A stretch of 64,000 bases of DNA from Spirochaetota bacterium (GCA_043803405.1 JAZDKB010000018.1:229935-293934); one strand, 5' to 3'. Shown: positions 1 to 12,034, numbered from the stretch's first letter. Program-made: numbers and translations. The notes: a model not told the origin generated them from the letters alone.

Positions 1-176
1 CTTTTAATAATATATATCATATTGATCGTCTGGCAGGCACTGATAAATTCAGGAATGCCCTGATGAGGAACAAAAGCTATAAAGAATATTCAGATGAAAT
101 TGAAGATGGGAAAGCTTCTTTTTCAGATAAGAGAAAAAAATATTTAATATACCGCGATAATAATTTCCCGATATAA
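1..176 (+). CDS. C-terminal fragment of DUF1343 / exo-beta-N-acetylmuramidase NamZ-like protein (5' end outside window)
   Basis: Frame from base 3 reads ...HIDRLAGTDKFRNAL...FSDKRKKYLIYRDNNFPI*; DRLAGT and RKKYLIY are typical of the YbbC/NamZ C-terminus. Not in ORF track. Confidence 0.7.
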   Translation, partial: FNNIYHIDRLAGTDKFRNALMRNKSYKEYSDEIEDGKASFSDKRKKYLIYRDNNFPI

Positions 177-349
177 TAATAGCACTTTTATAATCTAACA
201 GTAAAAACACATACAGGCAGATAAATTGCTTGTGCATTAAAAATAGTATAATATCCATTAGAAAAATAATTTGATTGCGCTTAAATTATTTACTAATAGG
301 ATTTACTTGATTCAAAAAATCATTAAACTAATTCCACAAGGTATTGCTG

Positions 350-787
350 ATGAAAACAATAAATGACAGTAAACTTTATTTATATTTTATAATTATTACT
401 TTTTGTATAGGCATAATTCTGGGCCTTATTTTTTCTTATTCTGCATTTATTGTAGAACCGGAAATAAAAGAACTGATTTTAAGCGAAGATAATATTGACG
501 AAAATTTAAAAAAAGCTTATCAGAAACTTAAAGATCCTCAGATTTTTGCAAGATATGAAAATTTCGATTTCCATGCGGTATCTATTAAATCAATAATTAA
601 TGTTTATGATAAAAAATTAGAAACTAATGAAGAATTTAGTAAAAACGACAGGATATATCTTCAAATTCTTTTAAACAGAAGGGAACTAGGCAGCCTGCTG
701 ACAAGAAATACTATGATATTTTTCTTTTTATTATCGCTTCTGGGGTCTGCGTTTTATATTTATGAGCTAAAAAAGAGTAAAGAATAA
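350..787 (+). CDS. Hypothetical membrane protein (two hydrophobic segments)
   Basis: About 145 aa ORF with N- and C-terminal hydrophobic helices. Confidence 0.7.
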   Translation: MKTINDSKLYLYFIIITFCIGIILGLIFSYSAFIVEPEIKELILSEDNIDENLKKAYQKLKDPQIFARYENFDFHAVSIKSIINVYDKKLETNEEFSKNDRIYLQILLNRRELGSLLTRNTMIFFFLLSLLGSAFYIYELKKSKE

Positions 788-878
788 TTTATTAAATAAA
801 TTTTTAAATTAATATAGATTAAGAGAAATCCAAATATCTTTTAAGACTTCTCTTAATTTAAATCGCTAAAACGCCAAT

Positions 879-1982
879 TTATTCAAATGCTACTTTTTCT
901 CCTTTCAGCTTGTCAAATTCCTTCAGCAATTCCTTTTGTTTCGAAGAAAGTTTTTTTGGAATAAGAATATTAACTTTAATCAGCTGGTCGCCTCTGCCGT
1001 AAGATCCAAGATATGGTATGCCGTTTCCTTTTAATCTAAAAATTTGAGCACTCTCTGTACCGGGCGGGATTTTCATTTTTGCAGTCTTCCCGGAAATTGT
1101 CGGGACCTCAATCTCGCCGCCAAGACAGGCAATTGGAAACGATATTTCGACAACATTCAGCAGATCGTTGCCGTGCCTTTCAAATGTCGGATGTTTTTTT
1201 ACATGGAGAAATACATAAAGGTCTCCGCTGGGCCCGTTATTCGGTCCTGCTTCGCCTTCCCCGGTTATCTTTAATCTGGAACCTGATTCCACTCCAGGAG
1301 GAATTTTTACAGTAATTTTTCTTTTCTTTGATACAACGCCGCTTCCTTTGCAGGTTTTACACGGAGACGAAATAATCTTTCCTTCTCCCCTGCATTTGTA
1401 ACATGTTTGTGTTACTGAAAAGAAGCCCTGTGTCTGTCTCACCTGGCCTGTGCCGTTGCAGACCGAGCATACAGAAGGCTGAGACCCTGCAGCAGCACCT
1501 GTGCCGCTGCAGGTTGTGCAGGCTTCATTTCTAGGTATTTCCACCTGCACTTCTTTGCCGGAAACAGCTTCTTCCAGTGAGATAGTGAGCTCGTACTGAA
1601 GGTCCGCGCCTCTTCTGACTTTTTTTGCTCTTGCCCTTTGACCGCCTGCTCCTCCTCCGAAGAAACGTTCAAATATGTCGCCTAAATCGAAGTCGAAGTC
1701 GCCGAATATGTCGGAAAAATCTGCAGCAGCTCCTCTTCCAAAGCCTTCAAAGCCGGAAATGCCGTCATGGCCGTACCTGTCGTACATTGCTCTTTTCTGA
1801 GGGTCTCTCAATATCTCGTAAGCTTCAGTTGCTTCCTTGAATTTTTCAACTGCTTCGGGATTATCTTTATTCCTGTCAGGATGATATTTTAAGGCTAATT
1901 TTCTATATGCCTGTTTAATCTCATTTTCGCCCGTTGTTTTATTGACGCCCAGTATTTCGTAAAAATCTCTCTTTGTAGCCAA
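879..1982 (-). CDS. dnaJ: Chaperone DnaJ
   Basis: J-domain HPD, G/F-rich linker, four CxxCxGxG repeats. Confidence 0.98.
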   Translation of the reverse strand: MATKRDFYEILGVNKTTGENEIKQAYRKLALKYHPDRNKDNPEAVEKFKEATEAYEILRDPQKRAMYDRYGHDGISGFEGFGRGAAADFSDIFGDFDFDLGDIFERFFGGGAGGQRARAKKVRRGADLQYELTISLEEAVSGKEVQVEIPRNEACTTCSGTGAAAGSQPSVCSVCNGTGQVRQTQGFFSVTQTCYKCRGEGKIISSPCKTCKGSGVVSKKRKITVKIPPGVESGSRLKITGEGEAGPNNGPSGDLYVFLHVKKHPTFERHGNDLLNVVEISFPIACLGGEIEVPTISGKTAKMKIPPGTESAQIFRLKGNGIPYLGSYGRGDQLIKVNILIPKKLSSKQKELLKEFDKLKGEKVAFE

Positions 1983-2031
1983 GTTCTACCTCTTTAAAGA
2001 AATCCCCAGCAAAAAAATAATTTAACTTAAA

Positions 2032-3975
2032 TTATTTGTCTTTATCATCATCAACAACTTCATAATCGGCATCGTAAACTTTCTGGCCTGCATTTTTTCC
2101 TGATGATTCGGTATTTGCGGAACCGGTATCCGGCTTGCTTCCTCCGGTATCTGTAGTACTGCCTGCGCTCTGTGCAGATTCCTTGTATATTCTTTCAGCA
2201 AATTTATGTGACACCTGCTCGAGTTTGCTCTTAGCATTCCGGATAGTTTCAACATTATTGGAATCCATTGCTGAACGCAGATTTTTTATCTCGGATTCGA
2301 TGCTTTGCTTTTCACTTGCATTTATTTTTCCTTCATTGTCTTTAATCATTTTTTCAAGAGAATAAATGATAGTGTCTGCTTCATTTTTTATCTGGACAAG
2401 TTCTTTTGTTTTTTTGTCTTCATCTGCGTGTTCTTCAGCATCCCGAACCATCTTTTTAATTTCTTCATCCGATAATCCGCTTGAAGATTCAATCCTTATC
2501 TTTTGCTCTTTACCTGTACCCAGATCCTTTGCGGAAACGTGTACAATACCGTTGGCATCAATATCAAATGCAACCTCTATTTGAGGAACACCTCTGGGAG
2601 CAGGCGGTATGCCTACAAGCTCAAAGCGTCCCAGCGTTCTGTTCTGAGTAGCCATTTCTCTTTCGCCCTGCAGAACATGGATCGAAACAGCAGGCTGATT
2701 ATCAGCTGCGGTTGAAAATACCTGGCTTTTTTTTGTCGGAATTGTTGTATTCCTTTCAATTAGTTTTGTCATCACGCTGCCAAGCGTTTCAATGCCAAGA
2801 GACAAAGGAGTTACATCGAGAAGCAGCACGTCATGTACGTCTCCCGCTAAAACCCCGCCCTGTATTGATGCTCCAACTGCGACAACTTCGTCCGGATTAA
2901 CGCCTTTATGAGGCTCCTTTGCAAATATTTCCTTAACCAGTTCCTGAACGGAAGGTATTCTTGTTGATCCTCCAACCAGTATTACTTCATCAATTTCCGC
3001 TACAGAATAACCTGAATCCTTTATCGCTCTCATACATGGGTCTTTTGTAGATTTTATAAGGTCGCCGACCATCTGTTCAAAATTAGCGCGGGTAAGAGTA
3101 ATTACAAGGTGCTTTGGCCCGCTTTGATCTGCAGTAAGGAAAGGAATGTTGATCTCTGTCTGAAGTTTGCTGGAAAGCTCTATCTTTGCTTTTTCAGCTC
3201 CTTCTTTGAGCCTTTGCAGGGCCATTTTATCTGTTACAACATTAATACCTGTCTGTTTTTTAAATTCGGTAATCAGCCAGTCCATTATCCTTTGATCCAG
3301 GTCATCTCCGCCCAGATGAGTATTTCCGTTGGTTGATTTTACTTCAAAAACACCATCTCCTAACTCCAGTATTGAAATGTCAAAAGTGCCTCCGCCTAAA
3401 TCGTATACAGCGATCTTTTCGTTTACTTTTTTCTTATCAAGCCCGTATGCCAGTGCTGCAGCAGTCGGTTCATTGATAATACGTTCAACCTTTAATCCGG
3501 CGATAGCGCCAGCATCTTTGGTTGCCTGACGCTGAGAATCGTTGAAATAAGCAGGTACCGTAATAACAGCTTTCTCGACTTTTTCTCCAAGAAAATCTTC
3601 GGCTGTCTGCTTCATTTTCTGGAGTATTCTGGCAGAAACTTCCTGAGGTGACAATTCCTCAAAGTCAGTTTTTACCTTAATCCCGCCTTTCCCGTCCTCA
3701 ATTACTTTATAGGGAATCATCTTCTTTTCTTCCGTAATTTCCGAAAAACCGCGGCCCATAAATCTCTTTATGGATCTGATTGTGTTTACGGGATTAGTAA
3801 TTATTTGATTTTTTGCAACCTGTCCAACCAATCTCTCACCTTTATCGGTAAGCGCCACTATTGAAGGAGTAGTTCTTTGCCCTTCAGAATTCTGTATAAC
3901 AACAGGCTCTCCTCCCATCATAACAGCTACGCATGAGTTGGTAGTACCTAGGTCAATGCCAATTATTTTACTCAT
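2032..3975 (-). CDS. dnaK: Chaperone DnaK (Hsp70)
   Basis: [29 protein letters not shown] motifs. Confidence 0.99.
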   Translation of the reverse strand: MSKIIGIDLGTTNSCVAVMMGGEPVVIQNSEGQRTTPSIVALTDKGERLVGQVAKNQIITNPVNTIRSIKRFMGRGFSEITEEKKMIPYKVIEDGKGGIKVKTDFEELSPQEVSARILQKMKQTAEDFLGEKVEKAVITVPAYFNDSQRQATKDAGAIAGLKVERIINEPTAAALAYGLDKKKVNEKIAVYDLGGGTFDISILELGDGVFEVKSTNGNTHLGGDDLDQRIMDWLITEFKKQTGINVVTDKMALQRLKEGAEKAKIELSSKLQTEINIPFLTADQSGPKHLVITLTRANFEQMVGDLIKSTKDPCMRAIKDSGYSVAEIDEVILVGGSTRIPSVQELVKEIFAKEPHKGVNPDEVVAVGASIQGGVLAGDVHDVLLLDVTPLSLGIETLGSVMTKLIERNTTIPTKKSQVFSTAADNQPAVSIHVLQGEREMATQNRTLGRFELVGIPPAPRGVPQIEVAFDIDANGIVHVSAKDLGTGKEQKIRIESSSGLSDEEIKKMVRDAEEHADEDKKTKELVQIKNEADTIIYSLEKMIKDNEGKINASEKQSIESEIKNLRSAMDSNNVETIRNAKSKLEQVSHKFAERIYKESAQSAGSTTDTGGSKPDTGSANTESSGKNAGQKVYDADYEVVDDDKDK

Positions 3976-4076
3976 TTTTTTTCTCCTTATATATATTCGA
4001 AATTATTTTCAATATTATTCAAACTTTAACGTCGCTAAGTATGTTAACATATAAAACAAAAAATCCGTGAAATTAG

Positions 4077-4790
4077 TTAATTAATCGTTTTTTCCGGTTC
4101 ATTAACTGCGCTTTCAGAATTTTGATTATTATCGTTTTGCTGTCCACTATTATCCGCCGGCTTTTTTGGCTTTGTGACTTTTACTTTTGCAGATCTTATT
4201 ACATAGTCCGATAACCGAAATCCCTTTTGATGGACCTTTGTGACCGTATCGCAATTAACATTTCCATTTTCATCCATCTCTACAGCTTCGCAGATATTCG
4301 GATCAAACGGATTATTTAATGCATCAATCTCATTAATTCCATATTTTTTCAGAAGTTCTTCAATATTTTTCGATATCATCATAAAACCATCAGAAAATGT
4401 ATTACAGATATCTTCTACGGATTTTTCCCTGTTTATATTGCATGCAGCCTCAAATGCTCTTAATAGATCATCATTAATGTTAATTACATCAAGAGCAAAG
4501 TCTTTAATGGCAAGTTTAGATTGTTCCTCCTGCATTTTTGACATTCTCTTTTTGTAATTCTCAAAATCGGCCTGACGCCGTTTCATTGTTTCAGTTAAGG
4601 TTTCTATTTCTTTGTTTTTCTTTTCAAGTTCAGTTTGTAATTCTGTATCTTTTAGTTCAGTAATATTGGAATTATCTTTAGAATTTACTTCGTCAGTTTT
4701 TTCAACTGACGGCTCGTTTTGTTTAGTTGAAGCTTCTGTGTCTTTTATCTCTTCAGTTTCATTAGGATTATGTTTTTTCATTTTCATCAT
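4077..4790 (-). CDS. grpE: Nucleotide exchange factor GrpE
   Basis: RRQADFENYKKR, FDPN, QKGF..VIRSAKVKV; upstream of dnaK. Confidence 0.96.
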   Translation of the reverse strand: MMKMKKHNPNETEEIKDTEASTKQNEPSVEKTDEVNSKDNSNITELKDTELQTELEKKNKEIETLTETMKRRQADFENYKKRMSKMQEEQSKLAIKDFALDVININDDLLRAFEAACNINREKSVEDICNTFSDGFMMISKNIEELLKKYGINEIDALNNPFDPNICEAVEMDENGNVNCDTVTKVHQKGFRLSDYVIRSAKVKVTKPKKPADNSGQQNDNNQNSESAVNEPEKTIN

Positions 4791-4892
4791 ACAATCTTAC
4801 CTGCTTAAATATTATGTTAAAAAAGCTACCTGAATTAAATAAGTAAAAAAATCTATCTGTGCATTCGGCAGATGAACTATTTTAATATTAAT

Positions 4893-5948
4893 TTATTTTG
4901 CCATTTTTGTTAATAAATCGGAAACTACTTTTCCCGTGTAATCGACAAGAGGAACTACTTTCTCGTAATCCATTCTTGTAGGGCCAAGAACCGCGAGCGA
5001 ACCTACATTCTGATTACCTATTTTATAGGAAGATGAAACGATACTGCAACCACATATGTCTTCTCCGTTTATCTCATCCCCAATAAAAGTATTAACTCCA
5101 TTTGTTTCGATGTTTTTTTCCAGTATAAATTTTAATATATCTTTCTTCTTCAACAGATAAAGAAGTGTTTCCAGATGATTTGCCTCAATCATATCAGGGA
5201 TATATAATAAATTTTCAATGCCGTCTATAAATAAATTGGGTTTCTCGGTTTTCGACAGCGCCAATTCAGCTATATCCAGTGCAATTTCTTCACTTGCGCT
5301 TAATAATTTATTTTTTCGTAACTTATCGAATACTTCTTTCTTAATATCATAAAGCGAATAACCGCATAATTCGCTGGTAAGGTATTTAGAATATGAATGC
5401 AGATCGTCATGGCTAAAACTTGAAGAAATCGTTATTTTTTGATTTACCAGTACTCCCATTCTCGTAACAAGGATAAATAATATTGTGTTTTCTCCCAGCG
5501 GAACCAGTTCAATGTGTTTAACTATTGAATGATCCGGTATTGGAGTAAGTACAATACCTGCATATTTTGATACTGAAGAAAGCATTTTTGTTATAGAAGA
5601 AAACATTTGATCAACGTGCAATTCTCTCTTTAATGTTTCTTCGTTAATATTCGTGTTATTATTCATTGAAAATTCGTATGTATCCGGAAGCGAATCCACA
5701 TAAAATCTGTAACCCTTATCTGTTGGAAGTCTTCCGGCAGAGGTGTGAGGATGAGTTAAATATCCCATTGTCTCAAGATCAAACATTATATTCCTCATGG
5801 TTGCAGGAGAAATTGAAAAGGAATATTTAATTACAAACGATCTTGAGCCTATCGGTTTTCCTGATGAAATATACTCATATACAATCGCTTTAAGCACGGA
5901 CGATTCTCTTTCATCAAGCTGTCTTTTTTGTTTATTATCTTTTACCAT
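4893..5948 (-). CDS. hrcA: Heat-inducible repressor HrcA
   Basis: SPATMRN, HTSAGRLPTDKGYRFYVD, VLGPTRMDY. Confidence 0.97.
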   Translation of the reverse strand: MVKDNKQKRQLDERESSVLKAIVYEYISSGKPIGSRSFVIKYSFSISPATMRNIMFDLETMGYLTHPHTSAGRLPTDKGYRFYVDSLPDTYEFSMNNNTNINEETLKRELHVDQMFSSITKMLSSVSKYAGIVLTPIPDHSIVKHIELVPLGENTILFILVTRMGVLVNQKITISSSFSHDDLHSYSKYLTSELCGYSLYDIKKEVFDKLRKNKLLSASEEIALDIAELALSKTEKPNLFIDGIENLLYIPDMIEANHLETLLYLLKKKDILKFILEKNIETNGVNTFIGDEINGEDICGCSIVSSSYKIGNQNVGSLAVLGPTRMDYEKVVPLVDYTGKVVSDLLTKMAK

Positions 5949-5969
5949 AAAACATCTACTAAGAATTTA

Positions 5970-5996
5970 TTAGCACTCTTTCATATCGAGTGCTAA
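5970..5996. promoter_or_regulatory. CIRCE operator (HrcA binding site)
   Basis: Exact TTAGCACTC-N9-GAGTGCTAA 21 bp upstream of hrcA; a minus-strand TTGACA lies at 6021-6026. Confidence 0.98.
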
Positions 5997-6065
5997 TAAA
6001 TTAACCAAAAAAAAAAGCTATGTCAAGTCAAAAAAAATATTTTGATTACTTAATTTTAAAAATTT

Positions 6066-6875
6066 TTATTTTTTCTTCTTTTTCAAATCCTTTTTCCTTT
6101 CCTCGGATTCAAGTCTTTCTTTTAATGCGTCAATAGTGTTTTTTAATTTTGCAGCTTCGTCTGATTCTCCGGTTAATACATTTATTTTTCTAAGAGCAGT
6201 CAGCAGTTCAATGGATTTAATAATGTCAGCCGGCACCTGTGCTGAAATCTCATATCTTGACCTGAATTGCTGTGCTGCCATGTTTAAATTGGTCTTGCAA
6301 AATTTGAGTAAATCACGCCTTTCCTTAAAAAATTCTATTCTTGGATCCCTGCTTTTTTGAAGGGCAGTAAAATTAATAAAGTTTTTAATAATAACAGCCA
6401 TTCTTCCCTGAATATCGACAAATGACCATTTCCATTTTGAACTTTCCCCGAATCCTTTTATGAGTTTTGATATTACTTCCATAATCAATTGCATAAGATT
6501 TAATATTTGTGCAGGATTAACTTTTTCAATTTTTATTAAATAATCTTCGTTCTCTTTTAATGATCTGTCCAGGTCGTTTCCCACAATTTCTTCAGCTAAT
6601 TGCAAAATTTTATAAACTTCTTTTCTTGCATTATTTAAATAGGTTTCGTTTTTCTGTCCAAGCATATCAAAAGATATGTCGTTCATTTTTAAAAATAATT
6701 TAATGATCTTAAGACTTTCAATAATTGCTTCAATTTTAAGGTATCCGGAAATCGCGTGCATTGATTTCATTTTGGCGGTTATTTCTTTTATTTTGGCTCT
6801 GATTTTTTCAATTTCGGATTGATGTTCTTTGACATAGTTGGTATATGCAACTTTTTCGGCTTTTGTTATTGCCAT
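6066..6875 (-). CDS. Conserved hypothetical helical protein
   Basis: 269 aa ORF; SSKWKWSFVDIQGR segment reminiscent of spirochaete hypothetical proteins. Confidence 0.75.
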   Translation of the reverse strand: MAITKAEKVAYTNYVKEHQSEIEKIRAKIKEITAKMKSMHAISGYLKIEAIIESLKIIKLFLKMNDISFDMLGQKNETYLNNARKEVYKILQLAEEIVGNDLDRSLKENEDYLIKIEKVNPAQILNLMQLIMEVISKLIKGFGESSKWKWSFVDIQGRMAVIIKNFINFTALQKSRDPRIEFFKERRDLLKFCKTNLNMAAQQFRSRYEISAQVPADIIKSIELLTALRKINVLTGESDEAAKLKNTIDALKERLESEERKKDLKKKKK

Positions 6876-7007
6876 AAATCATTCCTGTACAGACGAATTA
6901 ATTATTGCTTCATTAGTTCAAATTCTATAACAAAAAATTTACATATCAGTTCAAGATTGTCAATCCACTTTCTAAAATCTGCTTGATTAGTAGAGGCATT
7001 TATTTTC

Positions 7008-9533
7008 ATGTCATTATTTATGAATAGATATAACAAAAAAATAATAAATCGCCTTGTCTTTAATCTCAGAAAACCGGGCAGGTATATAGGCTGTGAATTA
7101 AACAGCATAATAAAAGAAACGCCTTTTATCAGAATGGCTGTTTGCTATCCGGATCTTTATGAAGTCGGGATGTCGAATAACGGAATAAGAATATTATACG
7201 ATATCGCCAACAAGCAGCCTGATGTATTATGCGAGCGTGTGTTTTCTGTTGAGGACGATTTTGAAAAAAAAATAAGAGACATGAACATGCCTCTTTACAC
7301 TCTTGAAAGCTATACGCCTCTATGCGATCTGGATATGATCGGGTTTAATCTCGCTTATGAGCTTTTATACACGAATGTTCTTCAGGTTCTCGATCTTGGG
7401 CATATACCGCTTTACAGCAAAGACAGGGGGGCTGATCATCCGCTTATTATTGCCGGCGGCGAAGCTGTATCGAATCCTTTGCCTGTAAGTGATTTTTTTG
7501 ATGCTTTCTTTTTAGGTGACGGTGAAGAAGGTATAATCGATATATTAAACACTATACGGACATCAAAAAACGAACATTTACATAGAATAGAAACTCTTGA
7601 TTTATTAAGCCGAATAGAAGGCGTGTATGTTCCCTCCAAAAAACCTACCGGAATTTTTAATGAAAAAAATATTGAGCAGACAGAATTAAACCGAGGTATA
7701 TTGCCTCATGCGGTTAAATCGTATCATTCAATTAAAAAAAGATTTATTAGTGCAGATTCTCTTTATAATCCGCAGCATCCAATTATTCCGAATTTGCGGA
7801 TAACACAGGAAAGACTGGTCATTGAAATCACACGTGGATGTAAAAACTTGTGTAATTTTTGCCATGCCGGATATTATGAACTCCCGTACAGAAGCAGTAA
7901 ACCAGATATGCTTTCAAGTCAAATCCTGTCATTAATTGATAATTCATATTATACTGATATGACTTTATCATCGCTTTCTATAAGCGATTATAAATATTTG
8001 ATCCCATTGCTGAATTCAATTCTCCCATCACTAATAGAAAAAGGCATATCCATTTCTCTGCCTTCCCTAAGGGTAGATAAAAGAACGCTTCCTGTAATTA
8101 AACAAATTTCGGATTTACGTAAAACTTCGCTTACATTTGCCGTGGAGTCTGCATGTGAAGAGATACGCAGCATGGCAAACAAAAAGCTGCAGACTGATGA
8201 TATCTTATCCATTGCAGAGCATGTATTCGCAGGAGGATGGAAACTGCTGAAACTGTATTTTATGATAGGCCTGCCCGGCTGTGAAGAATATGATGAAGCA
8301 GCAGCAATTATAGAGCTGCTGAAAAAGCTGTATTTAACAGGGGGCAGAAAACGCGAGCTTAATGTAACCATATCGCCGTTCGTTCCAAAGCCGCACACGC
8401 CTTTCCAGTGGGAAAAACAAATGGATGCCGGTTATTTTACAGATACTATTTTAAAAATAAAACGCGGTTTGCCGAGACAGCTTGCAATAAAAGCGCATGA
8501 TGTTAATGCTTCCCTTCTTGAAGGCATAATCTCAAGAGGCGATTCAGACTTAAACCGGGTTATTTATAAGTCTTACATTGACGGCGCCAGGCTGGATTCA
8601 TGGAAAGAACATTTTAAGTTTGATATCTGGAAAAAAAATCTGGATGATTTACAGGACTGGAAAAAGTACACAGCCGCAAGGGATAAAAACGCGGCTTTGC
8701 CCTGGAGTTTTATTTCAAACGGATTCGAGAAAGTTATCATGAAGCAGAGAGAAAAGATAAGCTCTTCATGCAGACAAGTAAGTCAAAAGCCGCCTTTCGA
8801 AGAACTGGATGCTGTTTCTATAGCCGGAGCGATTAACAGTTTCAAAAGGAAATACGAAGTAAAGAAAAGAATACGCATAAAATTTGCCAAGCAGGGAATG
8901 GCAAAGTATATTTCTCATCTTGATTTTATGCAGGTAATTATACGGGCTCTCAGGATTGCAGATGTGCCAGTAGCATTTACTCAGGGCTTTAATAAAAGAG
9001 AAAGAATAGCAATGGGTTTCCCGGTTCCGGTTGGTATTGAGAGCGAATGCGAACTGTGCGATGTTGATCTGTATGATGATATAAATATGGATTCTGTAGC
9101 AGCAAAGCTGAATAATTGTCTTCCTGAAGGGATTGTTGCCCATAATGTAATAACTTTAGAAAACAAAAAGTCAATTATGAGCATAACTGCTGCTGCACTA
9201 TTTGAAATTGAAATAAACGACGATATTTTATATTATAATTTTATAAAAAATTCGGCTTTAAAACATGATTTTGTTAAAGAATCGGACAAAGGAAAAAGAA
9301 ATATAAAATTTGATGATGCAGTATTCTGGTGTAATATCCAAAATGGAGATACTGCCCTTGGAACGAGGAAAATATTAATTAAAATAGCGATTGGCAATGA
9401 AAACTCAGTCAGGATAGACAATATTGCCGTTGCTCTTGCAGGTACGACTTATGATGAGTTTTACAAATTAAGAATTACTAAACTATGCCAGTACAGCAGG
9501 GATAAGACTGACGGTGAGCTGAAGGAAATATAA
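7008..9533 (+). CDS. TIGR03960-type radical SAM protein fused to TIGR03936-type radical SAM-linked domain
   Basis: KPGRYIGCELN, YPDLYEVGMSN, RGCKNLCNFC (CxxxCxxC), FVPKPHTPFQW; C-terminal YISHLD..FTQGFN domain. Confidence 0.88.
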   Translation: MSLFMNRYNKKIINRLVFNLRKPGRYIGCELNSIIKETPFIRMAVCYPDLYEVGMSNNGIRILYDIANKQPDVLCERVFSVEDDFEKKIRDMNMPLYTLESYTPLCDLDMIGFNLAYELLYTNVLQVLDLGHIPLYSKDRGADHPLIIAGGEAVSNPLPVSDFFDAFFLGDGEEGIIDILNTIRTSKNEHLHRIETLDLLSRIEGVYVPSKKPTGIFNEKNIEQTELNRGILPHAVKSYHSIKKRFISADSLYNPQHPIIPNLRITQERLVIEITRGCKNLCNFCHAGYYELPYRSSKPDMLSSQILSLIDNSYYTDMTLSSLSISDYKYLIPLLNSILPSLIEKGISISLPSLRVDKRTLPVIKQISDLRKTSLTFAVESACEEIRSMANKKLQTDDILSIAEHVFAGGWKLLKLYFMIGLPGCEEYDEAAAIIELLKKLYLTGGRKRELNVTISPFVPKPHTPFQWEKQMDAGYFTDTILKIKRGLPRQLAIKAHDVNASLLEGIISRGDSDLNRVIYKSYIDGARLDSWKEHFKFDIWKKNLDDLQDWKKYTAARDKNAALPWSFISNGFEKVIMKQREKISSSCRQVSQKPPFEELDAVSIAGAINSFKRKYEVKKRIRIKFAKQGMAKYISHLDFMQVIIRALRIADVPVAFTQGFNKRERIAMGFPVPVGIESECELCDVDLYDDINMDSVAAKLNNCLPEGIVAHNVITLENKKSIMSITAAALFEIEINDDILYYNFIKNSALKHDFVKESDKGKRNIKFDDAVFWCNIQNGDTALGTRKILIKIAIGNENSVRIDNIAVALAGTTYDEFYKLRITKLCQYSRDKTDGELKEI

Positions 9534-9647
9534 TTTTTGTGCTTTTATGCAGAATCCATCTTAAAAATATAAATTTCGTAATGTATTTCATTCTATCCGT
9601 CAGTAAGCAAAATTTACTTATGATATAACTTGCAGACATAAAACAAG

Positions 9648-9673
9648 AAGGGCGAACCGGTATGTTCGCCCTT
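9648..9673. terminator. GC-rich hairpin between convergent genes, probable terminator
   Basis: AAGGGCGAAC-cggtat-GTTCGCCCTT. Confidence 0.65.
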
Positions 9674-9704
9674 TGTATTTGAGATTTATTTGTTAATTAT
9701 GTTC

Positions 9705-11018
9705 TTAATCGTACGATTCTGAGCCGAGGAATGTAACCGGTGGCACGTCCATAATCCAGCGTAAGGTATTCTTTAATTTCATAAGCTGAACAAACAGGTC
9801 GTGTGTTGGCTGCATGCCGGTTTCATACATCGGGCTTTTCCAGTAGAAAGAGAGCCATTCCTGTATTCCGTACATTTCACATCTCTGTGCAAGATCGCAA
9901 AGTAGCGCCAGATCGAGCACTATCGGAGCTGCGAGTATGGAGTCCCTGCACAGAAAATCGATCTTTATCTGCATCGGGTATCCGAGCCAGCCGAATATGT
10001 CTATGTTGTCCCACCCTTCCTTATCGTCTCCTCTTGGAGGATAATAATTTATGGTAACCTTATGATAAAAATCCTTGTATAATTCCGGATATAATTCCGG
10101 CTGAAATATACGGTCAAGCACTGAAAGCTTACTTACTTCTTTTGACTTGAAAGATCCCGGATCGTCCAGTACCTCTCCGTCGCGGTTGCCGAGGATGTTG
10201 GTCGAGAACCATCCCCGAACTCCGAGCATTCTCGCCTTTAAGCCTGGACCCAGTATTGTTTTCATTAGTGTTTGTCCGGTTTTGAAATCCTTGCCTGTAA
10301 GAACAACTCTTTTTTTATCCGCAAGCTCGCGAAGTGCAGGAATATCGGTGCAAAGATTCGGCGCTCCGTTTGCATACGGGATTCCGAGATCAATCGCAGC
10401 GTAAGCGTAAATCATGCTCGGTGCTATTTTCGGATTGCTCTCTTTTAGTGCTTTCTCGAAGTTGGCAAGCGTATCGTGCACACCGGGAGCGATCTCCTGA
10501 TGAATTTCCGTGCTTCCGCACCAGACCATAACAACCCTGGTACAATTCTTTTCCTTTTTAAAATTTATAATATCATCCTTAACCATCTGGGCAAGATCCC
10601 AGTATGTTGATGCTTTTTTGACCCATTGCCCGTCCAGCCTTTTAACATATTCCCTGTTAAATACAGCTTTCCATGGTTTTATTGCTGAAAGTTCCGCTTT
10701 TATCGGTTCAAGATGTTCTTTTCGGAGCACTTCGGCATTAACTGCTGATTCGTAGGCATTGTCTTCAAATATATCCCAGCCGCCGAATTCTATATCATTT
10801 AAATTAGCAAGCGGAACAAAATCCTTTAGGTTGATATCCTTTGCGCTATCACCTTTTCCTACCCTGATTTTCCCCATTTGCGTCAGCGAACCGAAAGGAA
10901 GGTTAAGGCCTTTTTTTACAAGAAGAACGCCGGCAATAAAAGTTGTGCAAACTGCGCCCATGCCCGGAGTAACTATGCCGAGTTTCCCATCAGGTTTTTT
11001 AATATTTTCTTTGTTCAA
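9705..11018 (-). CDS. ino1: myo-inositol-1-phosphate synthase
   Basis: FGGWD, NGAPN, GKDFKTGQT, NILGNRDG, GDDKEGWD, CRDSILAAP. Confidence 0.95.
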   Translation of the reverse strand: MNKENIKKPDGKLGIVTPGMGAVCTTFIAGVLLVKKGLNLPFGSLTQMGKIRVGKGDSAKDINLKDFVPLANLNDIEFGGWDIFEDNAYESAVNAEVLRKEHLEPIKAELSAIKPWKAVFNREYVKRLDGQWVKKASTYWDLAQMVKDDIINFKKEKNCTRVVMVWCGSTEIHQEIAPGVHDTLANFEKALKESNPKIAPSMIYAYAAIDLGIPYANGAPNLCTDIPALRELADKKRVVLTGKDFKTGQTLMKTILGPGLKARMLGVRGWFSTNILGNRDGEVLDDPGSFKSKEVSKLSVLDRIFQPELYPELYKDFYHKVTINYYPPRGDDKEGWDNIDIFGWLGYPMQIKIDFLCRDSILAAPIVLDLALLCDLAQRCEMYGIQEWLSFYWKSPMYETGMQPTHDLFVQLMKLKNTLRWIMDVPPVTFLGSESYD

Positions 11019-11236
11019 TTTTTAAAAATCTCCTTTTTTACAATAAAACATAAGTTAACGAACTTATAATTGCATAATATTCCCTGATTTTCACGATATA
11101 TTAGGATTACTGTCAAGAATAAATTATTCATTAATTCACAAACAGCCTGAATATATTATCTTGACATTAATGCGTTTTATAGGGTATTTTAATATAAGTT
11201 GTTAAATAATACAATATCCTTTTGAAGGAGGAATAT

Positions 11237-11947
11237 ATGGCTGATTCAGGTTTTAGTTTTCAAAAGATACTTGATGATTCTAAAACTGTTTTAACAAACC
11301 CTAAGCAATATTTTTCGTCAATGGCAAAAGAAGGCGGTTTCGTAGAGCCGATCATAAAAGCATTGGTTTACGGCGTTATTGCAGGCATTATCAGCTTAAT
11401 ATGGTCTCTTTTGCATCTTACTGTTGCCGCTTCCATGCTTGGCGGGATGTTCGGTTCCGGAGTTGCGGGAATTATGGTACTGGTTTACTCTGTAATAGGA
11501 TCGGTTATTGCAGTATTTATAGGCGGAATAATTATTTTAATTATTTCAGCAATATGCGGCGGAAATACTAATTTTGAAACAAATGCCAGGGTGGCCGCAT
11601 CTTTAATGGTATTAAGCCCTATAAGCGCATTGCTGAGCGTAGTCGGTGCCTTTAGTTATCCTTTCAGCGCGTTCATTACATTAATTATTTCTCTTTACGG
11701 GCTTTATTTGCTTTATATAGCGCTTATAAATGCGCTTGGAGCAAAAAAAGAAACAGCAAAGATAGTGTCTATAGTGCTTGCAATTATCCCGGTTCTTATG
11801 CTTTTAAGCGCCCTTTTATGCGCATCTGCAGCAAGCAGATATACGGAAAGCGTAATAAAAGATATTCCAACCGGAAACAGTAAAGAAATTAAAGATATGC
11901 AGGAAAAAATAAGAGAATTGCAGGAACTGCAGAAAAAGATGAAATAA
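11237..11947 (+). CDS. YIP1-family multi-pass membrane protein
   Basis: VLTNPKQYF N-terminal motif, about 5 TM helices, AAGGAGG SD before ATG 11237. Confidence 0.8.
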   Translation: MADSGFSFQKILDDSKTVLTNPKQYFSSMAKEGGFVEPIIKALVYGVIAGIISLIWSLLHLTVAASMLGGMFGSGVAGIMVLVYSVIGSVIAVFIGGIIILIISAICGGNTNFETNARVAASLMVLSPISALLSVVGAFSYPFSAFITLIISLYGLYLLYIALINALGAKKETAKIVSIVLAIIPVLMLLSALLCASAASRYTESVIKDIPTGNSKEIKDMQEKIRELQELQKKMK

Positions 11948-11973
11948 ATAATAAGAGGATTTGCTTAAATATA

Positions 11974-12034
11974 TGTCATTTAGAATCTGGCTTTCTTTTG
12001 CTTTTGCAATGTATGCGCAGGATTCTAAATGACA
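11974..12034. terminator. 14-bp inverted repeat between convergent genes
   Basis: TGTCATTTAGAATC ... GATTCTAAATGACA. Confidence 0.5.

Noticed and set aside
9648..9673. Hairpin as a true REP copy
   Set aside because: Shares GGGCGAAC/GTTCGCCC but lacks the GTAG ends and central CGGCCG; a terminator role is sufficient.
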